From Macrostomum lignano (Eukaryota): a stretch of DNA of 64,000 nt. The DNA lies in contig NIVC01003404.1 in the NCBI GenBank assembly GCA_002269645.1, positions 35,543-99,542 of the forward strand. Direction: 5' to 3'. Below, piece by piece: positions 23,581 to 35,897 of this stretch. The stretch's first letter is position 1. Each line of letters starts with the position of its first letter. A model generated the notes under the pieces. It saw only the letters and a program-made list of their open reading frames with translations, did not search any database and was not told where the DNA came from. Both the position numbers and the translations under genes were made by a program.

Positions 23581-26576
23581 TCAAGCGCATGTGTAGGGGA
23601 TAACAGAATCAAACAGAATCCTAACGAATCCTTGGGTACTGTTCGTGTTGCCGCCAGTGGTGGCCACGCAGCCGCTACCGCCACAAAAGGAGCCACCGCC
23701 TCCGCCAGAAAAATCTTCTCTCAGTCCGGCTCCGCCTCCACTGTAGCCGCCACCAGCTCCGCCGCCACCTTTGGTACTACCGTCGCCCGTAGCAGCTCCT
23801 CCGCCGCCACCGAAGCCGCCCAAGCCGTAGAAGGAACCTTGGCTGGAGGTGCCGCCAATCCAGTTTTCATCTCTGCTACCACCTCCGCCACCATTTTCGC
23901 CTCTGGTCGCAACGGCTGCTCTACCCTTCCAGCCAGCGCCGCAGCCACCGTAATTTTCGCCTGAGGGCGCATTAGACGGATCATTACTGCCCGGTTGTCC
24001 ATTGATGCCTCCTATGCCGATCTCAGAGGGCTGTATAAAATGGTTGTGTGTTGTCGTGAGTAACAAATAGCAGTCTTAATAGGAGTTTTTAGGTTTCCTA
24101 CCGTATTTTCCTTTTATTCTTACTAATAGTAGAAAATCAAAAAAAATATCGTCCTAATTATTTGTAAGATTTTATCTTCTGAGACTTTAACATTAGAAAA
24201 GTATCAAGAAATGTTAAAAATAGTAGTGATATTTGTTAATTTTACATTTCAATCTTTCAGCTCTTCTCTAGAGTATTTTTTGGCGGTCGAGTCACAGTTA
24301 TTGCATATATAACTCTAAATGTAATAGAGCTCGTTAAGTACTACAACTACTACAACTAAAACAAGCTAGTGGTCTTCAATACTCACCAGGCAAAGGAATG
24401 ATTCACATTTAAATATTAAAAAACCTCATTTCTACTACTGAAATATTACTAATGCATAAATAGTGTAGGATGCGCATTATCTAATTTGATACAGAACGAA
24501 CTGTGTAAAATTCGGCATAAATGAAAGTACTTTATGGACATCACAATTGTGTCAAGATTTAATGCAATCCAGGTCCTGATCCGGTTTATTCTAGTTGTTT
24601 CTGGTCTCTCTTTGGACATTTTAACGTAAATACTTTGGTGCAAAAACTTTTCGGATCGTAATGACTGTGAATCCAGCTTTAGAGTTGACTTTTAAGGTTT
24701 CTTTCTAATCTAGAGTGATAAACTTAATTAAAAAGCTTGTTCTGAGGTTTGTCAAAAGACGCTGAGCATCAAAACTTATTAATTATTATCGAGTATTACC
24801 AAAAAAATTGTCATAAAATTACCGTGTTTGAGCCACGTGAGTTTGAACCGTTTCTTCCGGCCTCACCCTGGCGTCCTGAAAAAGGGTGTTTAACATTTTT
24901 CAGTGGACTTAAAACACTTAAAGGTTTTTTATAGTACCATTATGCGCTCCGACGTCACAGCACTATAAATTTAACAGACTAGGTCCATACAAGGACTACC
25001 TGAATAGAATTTGGCAAAATATAATTTAAATTTTTCTTGTCAATCTACTCTGGAGATGGTTTTTCACCCATACAAGCTAGCAACTTCGAAGCTAAACGAG
25101 TGTTTAAAGTTGTAGAAGCGTATGTAGATGTTCTTTTAAAAAATCAACTCTAAAGTGTTCTGATGTTGAGTATCGAGTCGAAAATTGTGCCTCAAAATTG
25201 ATTTAATTGAAGTAAGCTATTCTGGAATCTTCTTTCTAATTACATGTTAAGATACGAGCAGTCAGTATTTAAAAGGAAACTTCAGTTCAACGAACCATGT
25301 TCATTTCTGGAGGCTCCGCCGCCACCGCCAGCCGACATGAGCGGCTCACTGTCGGATGCACGGTACACAAAACTTCCACCGCCGCCGCCACCTCCAACAT
25401 AATCGAATTTCGCGTGACCACCAGCCTGACCAACGACAATGGACAGCACGCTGCCGGCCGTCAGGCTGACATTTCCAGCGACCAGGGCTCCCCTACCGCC
25501 ATATTTTTCTCTGTCAAAGTTGCTACCACCCTTGGCTCCGGCAATCTCAATGCGATAACAGCCCGTCACGTTTATCGTTGTCTGCTGTATGCTGCCGTTT
25601 TGACCAGTGCTGGTGTCTAAAATTTGTGGTCAAATTAATTTTGAAACGAAATTTCAAAACGAATGCTTTTAAAACGAAAAGCAAGGCTTACTTGTGAAGA
25701 GAAGAGTGATGTTGGTGCTTAATATCGAATTAATCACAGCGTCGAAATTCTTCAGCTTGAAAACTTCAGAGCCAGGCTCTGTCCCTAGGACTCTGGACTC
25801 GCTGGATCCTTTTGAGACAGTCACCAGCCGGCAAAGACCGCTGCTCGGTCGGTACTCGAGAGCAACGCAGTCCCTCATCCGGCACAGAGTCAGGCACCCC
25901 TGCAGGGATTCCACTCCAGAGATGTTACTGACTTGGCTCCTGACTCCGGAGTTGATCGTAAGGACACCATTGTGCTGCGTGTAGCGAGCAGGATTGCAGG
26001 ATCCTGCAAAACGATTGTAGAGCGTTAAAAAAGCTGCACTTATGCAATCTCCTGGTCACTGCCTCTCCTTGCAGGCAGGATGCCTGTTAGTAGCACCGTC
26101 TGCACCAGTTGTGTAGGCCGCACGACTTGGCGCTGATGCTTAACTTGTCAGCAGGAGTCACTGACACCGCTAATGTTCACTTAGAGTAGGGGTCGGCAAA
26201 CTCCGGCCTGAGGGCCGCATGCAGCCCGTGAAGCCTCTCTCTATCCGTCCCGTCGGGTAGAGAGTCTCTCTCTCTCTCTCTCTCGCCTCTCTCCTCTCTC
26301 CCCCTTTTCTCCTCTCTCCCCTCTCTCCCACCTCTTCTCGCCTTTTCTCTACTCTCATCCTGTTTGTCGCGTCTCATCTCTCATCTTTTTTCTGTCCTTC
26401 CACTCTGACCCGAAGCCATCTACCAATTTTAGGTGGAAAATATTGCAGACCCTTTGACTTGGACGGATAATACAGAATCCACTATTATGCAAATCAATTG
26501 ACTTACCTTGAGCAGCATCGAAGCAAACACAGCAACAGACCAGAAGAATGAACAATCCGAAACTTATTGATTCCAT
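23581..26576 (-). CDS. Copy D: secreted PAN/Apple + glycine-rich domain protein (A-subtype), 5 exons (26576-26507, 26003-25692, 25616-25296, 24875-24823, 24030-23581), 401 aa
   Basis: Inverted paralog of A; canonical splice sites, open 1206-nt CDS, signal peptide MESISFGLFILLVCCCVCFDAAQG. Confidence 0.85.
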
Positions 26577-27364
26577 AACGAAATTTTAACGCGATCTTGC
26601 AAATATCTTTCCAAGCTCTAAGTCGGATGCCTACAGTTACCTTCTACGTCTTATTTTTGAAAGAATTCTATGTGGGCGTAAAATATTTAGCTGGTTGCTA
26701 GGACAGCCACTCGCCATCGTCTATTCCTGCCTTCCTTGCGAGGCGCACGCCGCCCTTCCTTATATCTTATCCAATCCCATGCTTAAGTTTTCTGAGCCCC
26801 AGATGCTCTTGAGGCTGTAAATTGTTCCATGGAAAATTCCTACCGGCTGCTTCACCCTAGGCTAAAGCATATGGATGAGTTGGCAGCTCCTCAAAATTCT
26901 TTTTTGAAAATGCTTCTGACTTCTGGCTGTAGTTTTAACCATGTCTAAAAGATAGACGCAGATCGAGCCACAGCAGAAACTTTCTAGAAAAAGAAATTCT
27001 GAAAGAAAGCATTCTGTTTCCATCTTTACCTTTGTAAACATCGCTTAGCTACGCAGGATTGCAATTCTGTAGTTTTGAGTAGCGAATCTACCCGGAAAGT
27101 ATAGTTCTATCGAAAATGCGAGACACTGCAAGCCATATTTTTCCAGACTTTTAAACTTTCAAATTTATCTACTATGGAGTGACTTTGTTCTCGCTAGCCA
27201 AGTAGATCCTTCACCCTTACAGGTAGCTCTACTGCTGCATGTAGTTAAGAAAAGTTGGCCTAGCTTATAATTGAGCGTATGGATATCAAACTGCTTACGT
27301 CGACCCCGCGGGAGCAGAAGCTATTACTATTTTTATCTGTTAAATAATAACAATATTAGTAATA

Positions 27365-27646
27365 ATAAAGTACAACTGCCCTAATTGGGCAGTTGTTTCG
27401 CAGCTATTGCGTGGCGCATCTGAAAGCTCCGTGCGGCTGTTCAGTCCAAGGACTGGGGGGGGGGGGGTCGCCACGCAAACCCTCAATTACCCCAGCTAAT
27501 GCTGGCACCCATCTTACAGCTGGGTGAACTGAAGCAATGCATAGCTAAGTGTCTTACTCGAGGACACAAATTCTTCCGAGTGGGTTGAGAATCTAACCTC
27601 CTTCAAGTAATGAGTCCGACGCTCTAACCACTAGGCTACAACTCCC
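27365..27646 (-). mobile_element. Second tRNA-derived SINE family with a CORE/Meta-like central domain
   Basis: A-box tagcctagtggttag; central tgtgtcctcgagtaagacactta..ttcacccagctgtaagatgggt; (tta)n-like tail. Confidence 0.65.
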
Positions 27647-28199
27647 TTATTAAACTAAAGTTAACCTACCTATTAAACTAAAGTTAACCTACCTATTAAA
27701 CTAAAGACCAAATATCTCTGACGAGAATAGGACCTACCATGTGGAGGTAGAAAGTTCAGTTCGCTTCCTGTGGAAGTGTTGATTGGAACTTTTATAGTAT
27801 AGCTCAACTCTATAGCTCAACTCTTTTCCTCATTGTATTAACTAGTTTAAAGAAATCAAGCAATCTCATAAAATATAAAAACCTTGGCGCAACAACTTCG
27901 GAGACATTGTCCCAAAGACGAGCGATGAGGCAGCAGTTACAAGCGCACCAATGCTGTACGCCGGCACGCACTCATACACTGCACGCTCACACAGGGTGTA
28001 CAGCGGCCTTGACTTTCTAATTAATCGTCAGGCGTGTACACTCTGTGGGCCTTGGGGGTTGGTCCTCATAGGCAAGAATCGCACAATAACCCAAACAAAT
28101 AAATCACACAGTGAACCTAAAATTAAACTAAATTAGATTCATTGCAGTTAAATTAGGGCTTTTTAACTGTTTTTTCTGCCTGTGCTTCTCTTCTTTAAA

Positions 28200-29110
28200 G
28201 CCGATTGCTGCAGCAAGCCCTCTTTCACTAGTAGAAAGAGGCACTTTTTAAAAAAATGCACTTTCCTTGTCCCCCATCGTAATGCCTCTATTTGAGGACT
28301 TAACAAGCCTTGGAAGGGCTAGGAAAAAATCAATATTCTAAAATTTTCCGGCTCTTTGGGGAGATGAGGAGGGAGAAGAGGACTCTAGCTCTCTCCCATA
28401 TTACTGGTATCCGAGGCTCCGTCACTCTTCAAGTCTTTCTTCCTGCCCTTTGGCTTGTCCTTACTAAGCATTATACTCGTACACACGTTACACGCATTTA
28501 CTTGCCAACTGCCTTTTCTACTTGGCTTACTGAGGGTGTTCTAAGAAGCAGTCAACATAACCTCCTGACTTCTCACCATTGTTTTACCTGCAATCCAGAT
28601 GATGAAACAATAGAATATTTTGCCCCTCTCATGACTTCACGCGTAAGTGTAGGACTTTTTTGGGCTACTGTTTTGTCCAACAATGGGATTCGAGATTCTG
28701 GAATCACTCCGCATGGTGATTAAACATATTTAAAAAGGCGTGATCCAAAGAAGCAAGAAGCAGTCGACGTACATGTAGCCCCCGGACGTCTCACTTTTGT
28801 TTTACTTTCTAGTCAGATCATGAAGCAAAGAGAATTTTACCTGTCAAGAGTCAACGCGTAAATTTCTTTAACACAGTATTATGATTTCTATTCTAGAGGC
28901 TAAAATTGATAATTTATCTCCGTCTTCCAATGTTTAGTAAAAGAAAGGGACTCGAGATTCTGGAATTACTCCGCATGCTGATAAACAGATAAAATGGTAA
29001 TGTATATTACAGAAAAAATACTATTTACAGAGTACAGTTTTACAGGTACATGGAATTATAGTGGGCTCATGTTTTATCAATTCATCTGTCAATAGTCCGA
29101 TGAAGAGTCC
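28200..29110. repeat. Segmental direct repeat of about 31930-32580 (3' flank of B-subtype genes); reverse-complement homologs at about 300-540 and 10540-10870
   Basis: Shared strings such as ggagtgatt(c/t)cagaatctcgaat and the aaatttctttaacacagta block. Confidence 0.8.
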
Positions 29111-29180
29111 ACATGGATAACATTTTAAGTCAGAGAGAGAGAGAGAGAGTCTGCTTACATACCTTTCAACAATCAAACAT

Positions 29181-29730
29181 ACGGCTACCGGACATTTCCC
29201 CTCCGGCGTTTCCCCTCCGGCGATTCCCCTCCGGACATTTCCCATCCAGCTATAACGAAATAACAGAGCTTTAGAACATGCCAAAAATTTTTTTGCACGC
29301 ATGTACGTCACATCCATGTAGTTATGCTGTTAGATCGCTTTTATTTTAAAAATTATGTAAGTAAAAAGTGAGAGTAGATGGTTTTATTATGTTTTATTAT
29401 AGGTTTTATTATAAAAATTATAAAATAATATATTATTATTATCTTAATTATTAATATATATGTGGCTATGCTGCTATACATACACATATATATATACATG
29501 CAACTTATGTTCTCTTTGGACATGTCCGAAGGCACTGTTATTTCGTTATAGATGAAGGGGAAATGTCCGGAGGGGAAATGTCCGGAGAGGAAATGTCCGG
29601 AGGGGAAATGTCCGGAGGGGAAATGTCCGGAGGGGAAATGTCCGGAGGGGAAACGCCGGAGGGGAAATGTCCGGAGGGGAAACGCCGGAGGGGAAATGTC
29701 CGGAGGGGAAACGCCGGAGGGGAAATGTAC
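29181..29730. mobile_element. Foldback/MITE-like element with inverted arrays of a 15-bp unit (ggggaaatgtccgga) and an AT-rich core
   Basis: About 4 units on the left and about 12 on the right in opposite orientation, bounded inside by inverted ctataacgaaataacag / ctgttatttcgttatag. Confidence 0.7.
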
Positions 29731-30349
29731 TAAAGACTAAAATTAGGATGATTTATAAGAAAAGCCACGGAAAAGTTTCTCCTGGTAAAAAAACACCTAC
29801 AACAAAACATATCTTGCTTCATTTGAAATGAGATATTGCGTGGATTTTGTGTTAAAAACTGAAAAATATTTATCTCGCTAACACACTTTGAGGCCAAAAT
29901 CGGCCTCCAGCGAAATTTATACGATTTTCAAATGTACAACGTCGCATATTCAACTCACAGTCACATGTACCTTCTTTATCACACACAGTTTTAGTAGTAC
30001 CCATTACATCAGCTATACATACTGAATCTGAATGCGATATATATACTCAGCAACATTGAAAGTCGCCACCCCAGACCCAGTATACCTAAGTAAGAGTTGG
30101 GAAACCTTGCGTCGTTGGAGTGTAACGAGCTGAAGTCAGTCGCTTTAGGATGGCGGTTTTCAACGTTGTTTGAGTATATGTGCATACTTGCCTATCATCA
30201 TCAAGCCTATACTCTACATTCTAATCTACACTGAAAGCACTCTGCTCCACTAATAGTAGTTTATGCGCAAACATGCTGAGTTGTCTGTTAAGTTATTGTA
30301 GTATCTGTGGTTTTTACGGAACTCTGCGAATGATCATCGAAAAGCTCAC

Positions 30350-30800
30350 TTATGGACACGTAACTTCAAATGAATTGACAAGACGCATCAACATGTAGCC
30401 ATGCTCGCTGTCCGTGTTTCCACCTTTAGCGGCCACACAACCCGTTCCGCTGCAGAATGAACCCCCCCTCCGCCGCAATGGTTGCCATAGCAGCCGGCAC
30501 CGCCTCCGCTGTAGCCGCCACCAGCTCCAGCGGCTCCGTAATAATCCGACACCCCAGATGACCTTTTGTAGCCAGCACCACTCCACCGCCGAAGCCACCG
30601 CCAGCTTGGCTGTTGTCTCCAGCACTGCCGCACACCCAGCCCTCGGCCAGACTGCCTCCTCGCTCCCCATCGGATGTGCCTCGCCTGGGCTTCGAAGCTC
30701 TGCCGAGCCAGCCCGCACCGCAACCACCATGATGAGTGCTGCCTAGCGTAGAACTAGGATCGTTACTACCCGGTTGTCCACTGATGCCTGCTAGTCCTCT
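30350..30800 (-). pseudogene. Copy F: orphan last exon of a third, more divergent glycine-rich paralog with at least two frameshifts
   Basis: GISGQPGSNDPS..GGCGAGWLG..GGFGGG / GAAGAGGGYSGGGAG / GGSFCSGTGCVAAKGGNT..TCP* spread over three frames. Confidence 0.75.
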
Positions 30801-33630
30801 TAGATAATGCTGAATAAAGCAAATGTATAGAAACAGAAAGTACATGTATGTATAATTCCTCAGAACTTGTACATTTATAATCATACGTACAGGCCTCTGA
30901 GGACATATGGAACAGATTTTTACTAGAACTTGGGACCGTGGAATCGAAATCCAAGCAGTTATTAAATTGAAATAATAAGTTGTTGATGTCATCGACAACA
31001 GTTAGTTATGCGCATTCGGAATTAGGCTGAATCTATTATAATATGCTCAAAGGATAGTATCCAGGTATTCAGGTTCATTTGACACCGACTTTTGGACTGT
31101 CTTTGAAAACACCGATGTTGATTATGTTAGCGAACTGCGAATGCTCCGTCAATTTGGTGTACACATAAAGACACAAACTACTGGTAAAGTAATCACAATT
31201 CTAGAGCGTCAAGATGGCTTACTCGGGCAAAGGATGAAGAACAAAGCCCGAGAGAGCAGAGGTCAAGTAACTAGAATTTTCGGTTGGCATATCAACATCT
31301 AGCATCGCAATGTCCTCAAAGAGAAAACATATGTCGTATAATTTAGCCTAAACACACTTTGGCATCTAAGTCAAAACTTAAAAGTTTAAGTTCAAGCAAA
31401 CTTTTGGGCTGGTTTGTCTGCCATTCACTGTCTGAAAATCCAACCTTCAATTAAAAATCAATAAAATAGGACTACGCAAAGGGAAGTTTCAAGGGAAAGC
31501 AAAAAGAAAACACTACTCAATCTTTCTGGTCTTACGTTGCTTGTGCCAGTCGAGTCAGAGCCGTTTCTTTCAGCCTCGCCTGGATTTCCTGCAATTTGTC
31601 GTTTAATGATTCGAAACTCTTATTTCTTAGTCCCACTATGCTAAAATGAGTCGTCTTTATCTATCTATGTAGGTATATGATATGATAAACCTTACTTAGC
31701 CACGCAAGATCGTAATTATATCGTTTTTTAAAGAGTGAATCTATCAGGAAAGTAGTTATACTAACAAAAACGTGACCGTGTCAGCTTATGTTAAACTTTC
31801 TTAATTATCTACTATAAAGGGATTTTGATCTCGCTAGTCAAGTGGGCAATCAGATACTTTACTTCTACATTTAGTTTTACTGCTATGAATGGTTAAGAAA
31901 AGCTGGCCCAAGTTAGTATGGTAAAGTAAAGTTACTTGCTGCAACAAGCCCTCTTTGCAGTAGTAGAAAAGCTAAGTAAAAAAATTCAGTTTTCTTGAAT
32001 CCCATTGAAATTCGGAAATGAGTTTCCAAAATTGGGGAAAATCAATATTGGTTGCTTCTGAAATTTTCCAGCTCTTTGTGAAGATGAGGAGTCTAACTCT
32101 CTCCCATATTATCTATCTTTTTACTGGTCTCCGAGGCTCTGTCATTCTTCAAGTCTTTCTTCGTGTCTTTGGCCCGTCTTTACCAAGAATTGTACTTGTT
32201 ACATGCATTTGCTTTCCAATAGCAAGAAGCGGTAGACGTAGCCCCTGATATCTCACTATTACTTGTTTTACCTTCTAGTCAGATCATGAAGCAAAAAAAT
32301 AATTGTACCTGTCATGAGTTAACGCGTAAATTTCTTTAACACAGTAATATGATTTCCATTCTAGAAGCTAAATTAGACTTTTTATCTTTATATTGTTTAG
32401 TCCAATAAAGAGATTTGAGATTCTGGAATCACTCCGCATGCTAATTAAACAGATAAAAATTGTAATGAACATTAGCGAAAAATAATCAATAATAACGAAG
32501 TGCAGTTTTATAGGTAATTACAGTAGGCTGATATGTCTATCAGTTCATCTGTCAATAGTCCAATAAATAGTCCATACAAGCGTACGTATAACATTTCGAG
32601 TCAGAAAGGGCCTGTTTGCATATCTTTAAACAATCAAGTATACTACTTCAAAGAGTGAATGGCAAATGGTACGAGTACTACACCTCGTATTAATCGTCTT
32701 GGACGCAAAATTATGCAAACCATGATCGTAAGGGCGTACTGCAACTGTTGCTGCACAGGTGCGGTAAAGTAACCGTGCTTTAAAATTTCCTGTCTGTTAT
32801 AATGTAAAATTTTTATACAAGGGTTGTTCAAACCGCTACTTAATGACCGTAACCAGAGTTCGATATTTTCCGCATAAGATAGTCACTTTTTTGCTGCAAA
32901 AGTTACCATTAGATTGGCTATTTGCAGGAGCCGTCGACCAGCAGTCGCAGCAGCACGAAGCCGTGCTCGCCGCCCGTGTTGCCACCCGTGGTGGCCACGC
33001 AGCCGCTGCCGCCGCAGAAAGAGCCTCCGCCGCCTCCGGCGTAACTGCTGCGATTCCCGGCTCCGCCGCCGCTGTAGCCTCCGCCAGCTCCTGCCGCTCC
33101 TTTTATGGCGGCCGCGCCTCCGCCTCCACCACCGCCAAAGCCGCCGTCCGCGGGGCTGCCTTTTCCAGCGCTGCCGCCCACCCAGCCATCGGCGCGACTA
33201 CCGCCTCTGTCTCTGTACGAGATGTTTGCGCGAGCGGCGGCGGGTTTGCCAAGTCAACCGGCTCCGCAGCCAAAAGGCTAGGGTTTCTTTCGGTAGCCGC
33301 AGTGCTTTGGTCGTTGCTGCGCGGTTGTCCGTTGGCGCCTCCGATGCCCATCTGATTCGGCTGCAACCATTTAAATCTAAAGTATTGCTGTTTCACTGAG
33401 CGAAATGAAATTGTGTGCTTAGGAGTGCTACTACTTAGAGTACTAACTTTTTGGTCAATTTTAAAGTTAGGGCTTATAAAATTTTACCTACGAAGTCTAA
33501 ACGCTTCATGAAAAAAAACTTTCTAAATTGCACCGACTTACATCTTCGGTACCGACAGATCCCGTTCCGTTATTTCCCGCCTCACCTGACCGTCCTAAAA
33601 AGTGAGTCATAGTTGATGGTGCGGTATAAA

Positions 33631-34668
33631 TTATTATGGAAGTGTAGCTCGTCTAAAGTAGGAAAACTAACAAATAGTAGGAAAAAAAACGTCAACAAAA
33701 ACATAAAATAAAATTTTCTTTCTAGCCAACGCGTTTCGTCAAACACAAGACGTCGTCAGGGCAAATTCAATTAACCTTAATTTACAACACCAATATATTT
33801 AAGAATAACAAACTGTACAGTCCAAAGGCGGGTCGAAACAGTCCGGTAGAATTTCAAAAGTACACAACGAAGGGAAAGAGAGAGAAAAATAGGCATGGTT
33901 CTGCTCACAGTACTCTTAGCTCACGCTCCACCCCATTGCCAGCAAGCTGCACATTCAAGTTGGGTTTGTGCATTCTGATATACGAAGCTTCAATAATCTT
34001 AAGCCTATGGTCAAATTTGCACCCATCCAGCACTTTAAAGAGCTGAATCGGTTCACTGTCAAAACATTTTTTACAAACAAGCAGATGGTCATTAATCGCA
34101 GAGCTTCTTAGCCAATGTTCCCTAGCTCTAGTGTGCAGGCGTTGCTTCGTTTTCCCAATGTAGGAAACGCTCTGATCCTCAGAGCAGGGAAATTGGTACT
34201 CGTAAACAACACCAGCCCTTAGAGCAAGTGGAACAGCTGACTTGAGCCTGCTATAGCGACCAATCTTTTCACTGCGAAAAACAATCCTAACGGTGCAGTT
34301 AAGCCATTTGCTAAACGTTTTCTCAAGTTTTTCCTGAAGTCAAGCAAAATTTTACCAAAAAATGGGAGAACCAACAGAGCGTCCCAAGAATCTATCTCCG
34401 ATTGCCTGGATCTCACATCGCTGGAAACTTTCTTGGTGACAAACGCATTGATAATGCGGCTGACAAAACTGAGAGGGTAACCGTTGGATCTGAGGATTTT
34501 AGTCAGGGCACGAACCTCATGGTGGAATAAACTCCAAGAACTGCTCACCTCGTAGGCTCTGTGAAGGTACCTAACTAACCCGACTTTCCAGTGAGACGGA
34601 CATAAAGCATGGAAATTTAACATCAGTCCTTTTATAACATCAGGCCATAAAAGCGCACACAACCTGCA
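33631..34668 (-). mobile_element. 5'-truncated Penelope-like retroelement (RT C-terminal region + GIY-YIG endonuclease + 3' terminal region)
   Basis: HWKVGLVRYLHRAYEVSSSWSLFHHEV..IL..NGYP; VYEYQFPC..VSYIGKTKQRLHTRAREH; IEASYIRMHKPNLN. Confidence 0.85.
33725..33762 (-). ncRNA. Minimal type I hammerhead ribozyme in the Penelope terminal region
   Basis: Minus strand GCC-CUGACGA-C-GUC(uuguguuu)GAC-GAAA-CGCG-UU^GGC. Confidence 0.8.
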
Positions 34669-35897
34669 TATCTGATAAAGCCTAATCGAGTTGACTCATA
34701 GTCAACCAAGTGGATAATTGGATTACATATTCGACGGGATTAAAAATTTCAGAGTAATATTCACGATCTATTTTTGTAGAAAAGGCAGCAAATCAACTTT
34801 CAAAAAGTGATTTTTCCCGTGAAGTTGAAGATAAAAAATAAGCTACTTATCTCAGTACTCGGTACTTGGTACTCGGTATTCGGTACTCGGTCATCCTGGG
34901 ATTAGATTGCTCGGTACTTATACTCGGAAATGACGGCACCACTACTCGCCCAGCCCTGCTCGGACACAACATACATTTCGCAGATAAGCAATCCATAATA
35001 TTCATTCATGCATTGTGGGAGACCGCTTGATCGGCTTTTTAACAACTTCATTGAGTTTATTGTCTATGGCCGAGCGCAGTGTTTACTGTGACAGTGGCTG
35101 CTGCAGGAGCGAACTTTAATTACCACTGTTTTGCAGAAAAAGTGAAGCCTCAATAAAGTAAAAAGAATATTGGAATCAAGGACCACTAGAAGTTACCGTT
35201 GTATCAGGACGCAACACTCGTAAATATTGTAAAATTATTTGAAGGCCCGCTTGTTTACGTGTATTTATCGGTACTTGCCTTCAAAAAGCATTCTACTCGA
35301 CTGTTTTAAAGAAGCATGCACTACATTTGAGCCTCCATAAAGCCTCCATAAATAGGTGTAAATTGCTGCTCTTCTGGAACTCAATTCAACTTCTGGAACG
35401 CAGCCTTTCACCCAGCACAGCATCGGGCAAATATTGTACATGACCATAACCAATTGTTTTACTATAGATTTACTCATTCATGTTTAAGGTACGAGTAGAG
35501 AGTTTTTTACCACTGGCTGACAGAAAATACGAGTAGTATGTTAAATTGAGGATAAAATTACTTAATCCCTTTATTCGGTTCTAAGCTAGCTACAGTTACT
35601 TTTGATTGTTAAAGAAGCAACCGACTTTGTTCTAACTTGATCGAATAACTTTTTGGAAGAGAACGCAAGAAATTCTTTGTCTTGCAAATCGTGCGGATGA
35701 TTTGACGCACTTTATAGCTCGTAAAGAGCCATCAATGGAGGAGTATTATACGTAACTTTATATAAATGTTTTTGTCGAAGTATTCGATGTTTATACACTT
35801 GTAATTTAAACATTTTGTAAAAAGTGCACAAACAGATTTTGGTTCAGACAAAAGTATGCATGTACGTGTAGTATTGGACAGAGATAAATATTCCACT

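Larger units (their letters stand above)
32918..35432 (-). pseudogene. Copy E: disrupted sister of B (last exon 33360-32918, 53-nt exon 33594-33542, PAN remnant about 35432-35370; exon 3 missing)
   Basis: Reverse-complement homology to B; uncompensated +5 insertion and a TGA in the ancestral frame; exon 3 replaced by a Penelope-like element. Confidence 0.8.

Noticed and set aside
31219-31290. Possible degenerate signal-peptide exon for copy F
   Set aside because: A GTAAG donor and a Cys/Leu-rich reading exist, but there is an in-frame stop, no clear ATG and the wrong phase
2530-33399. Ala/Pro-rich antisense and alternate-frame ORFs over the glycine-rich exons
   Set aside because: Shadows of GGC/GGN-rich coding sequence
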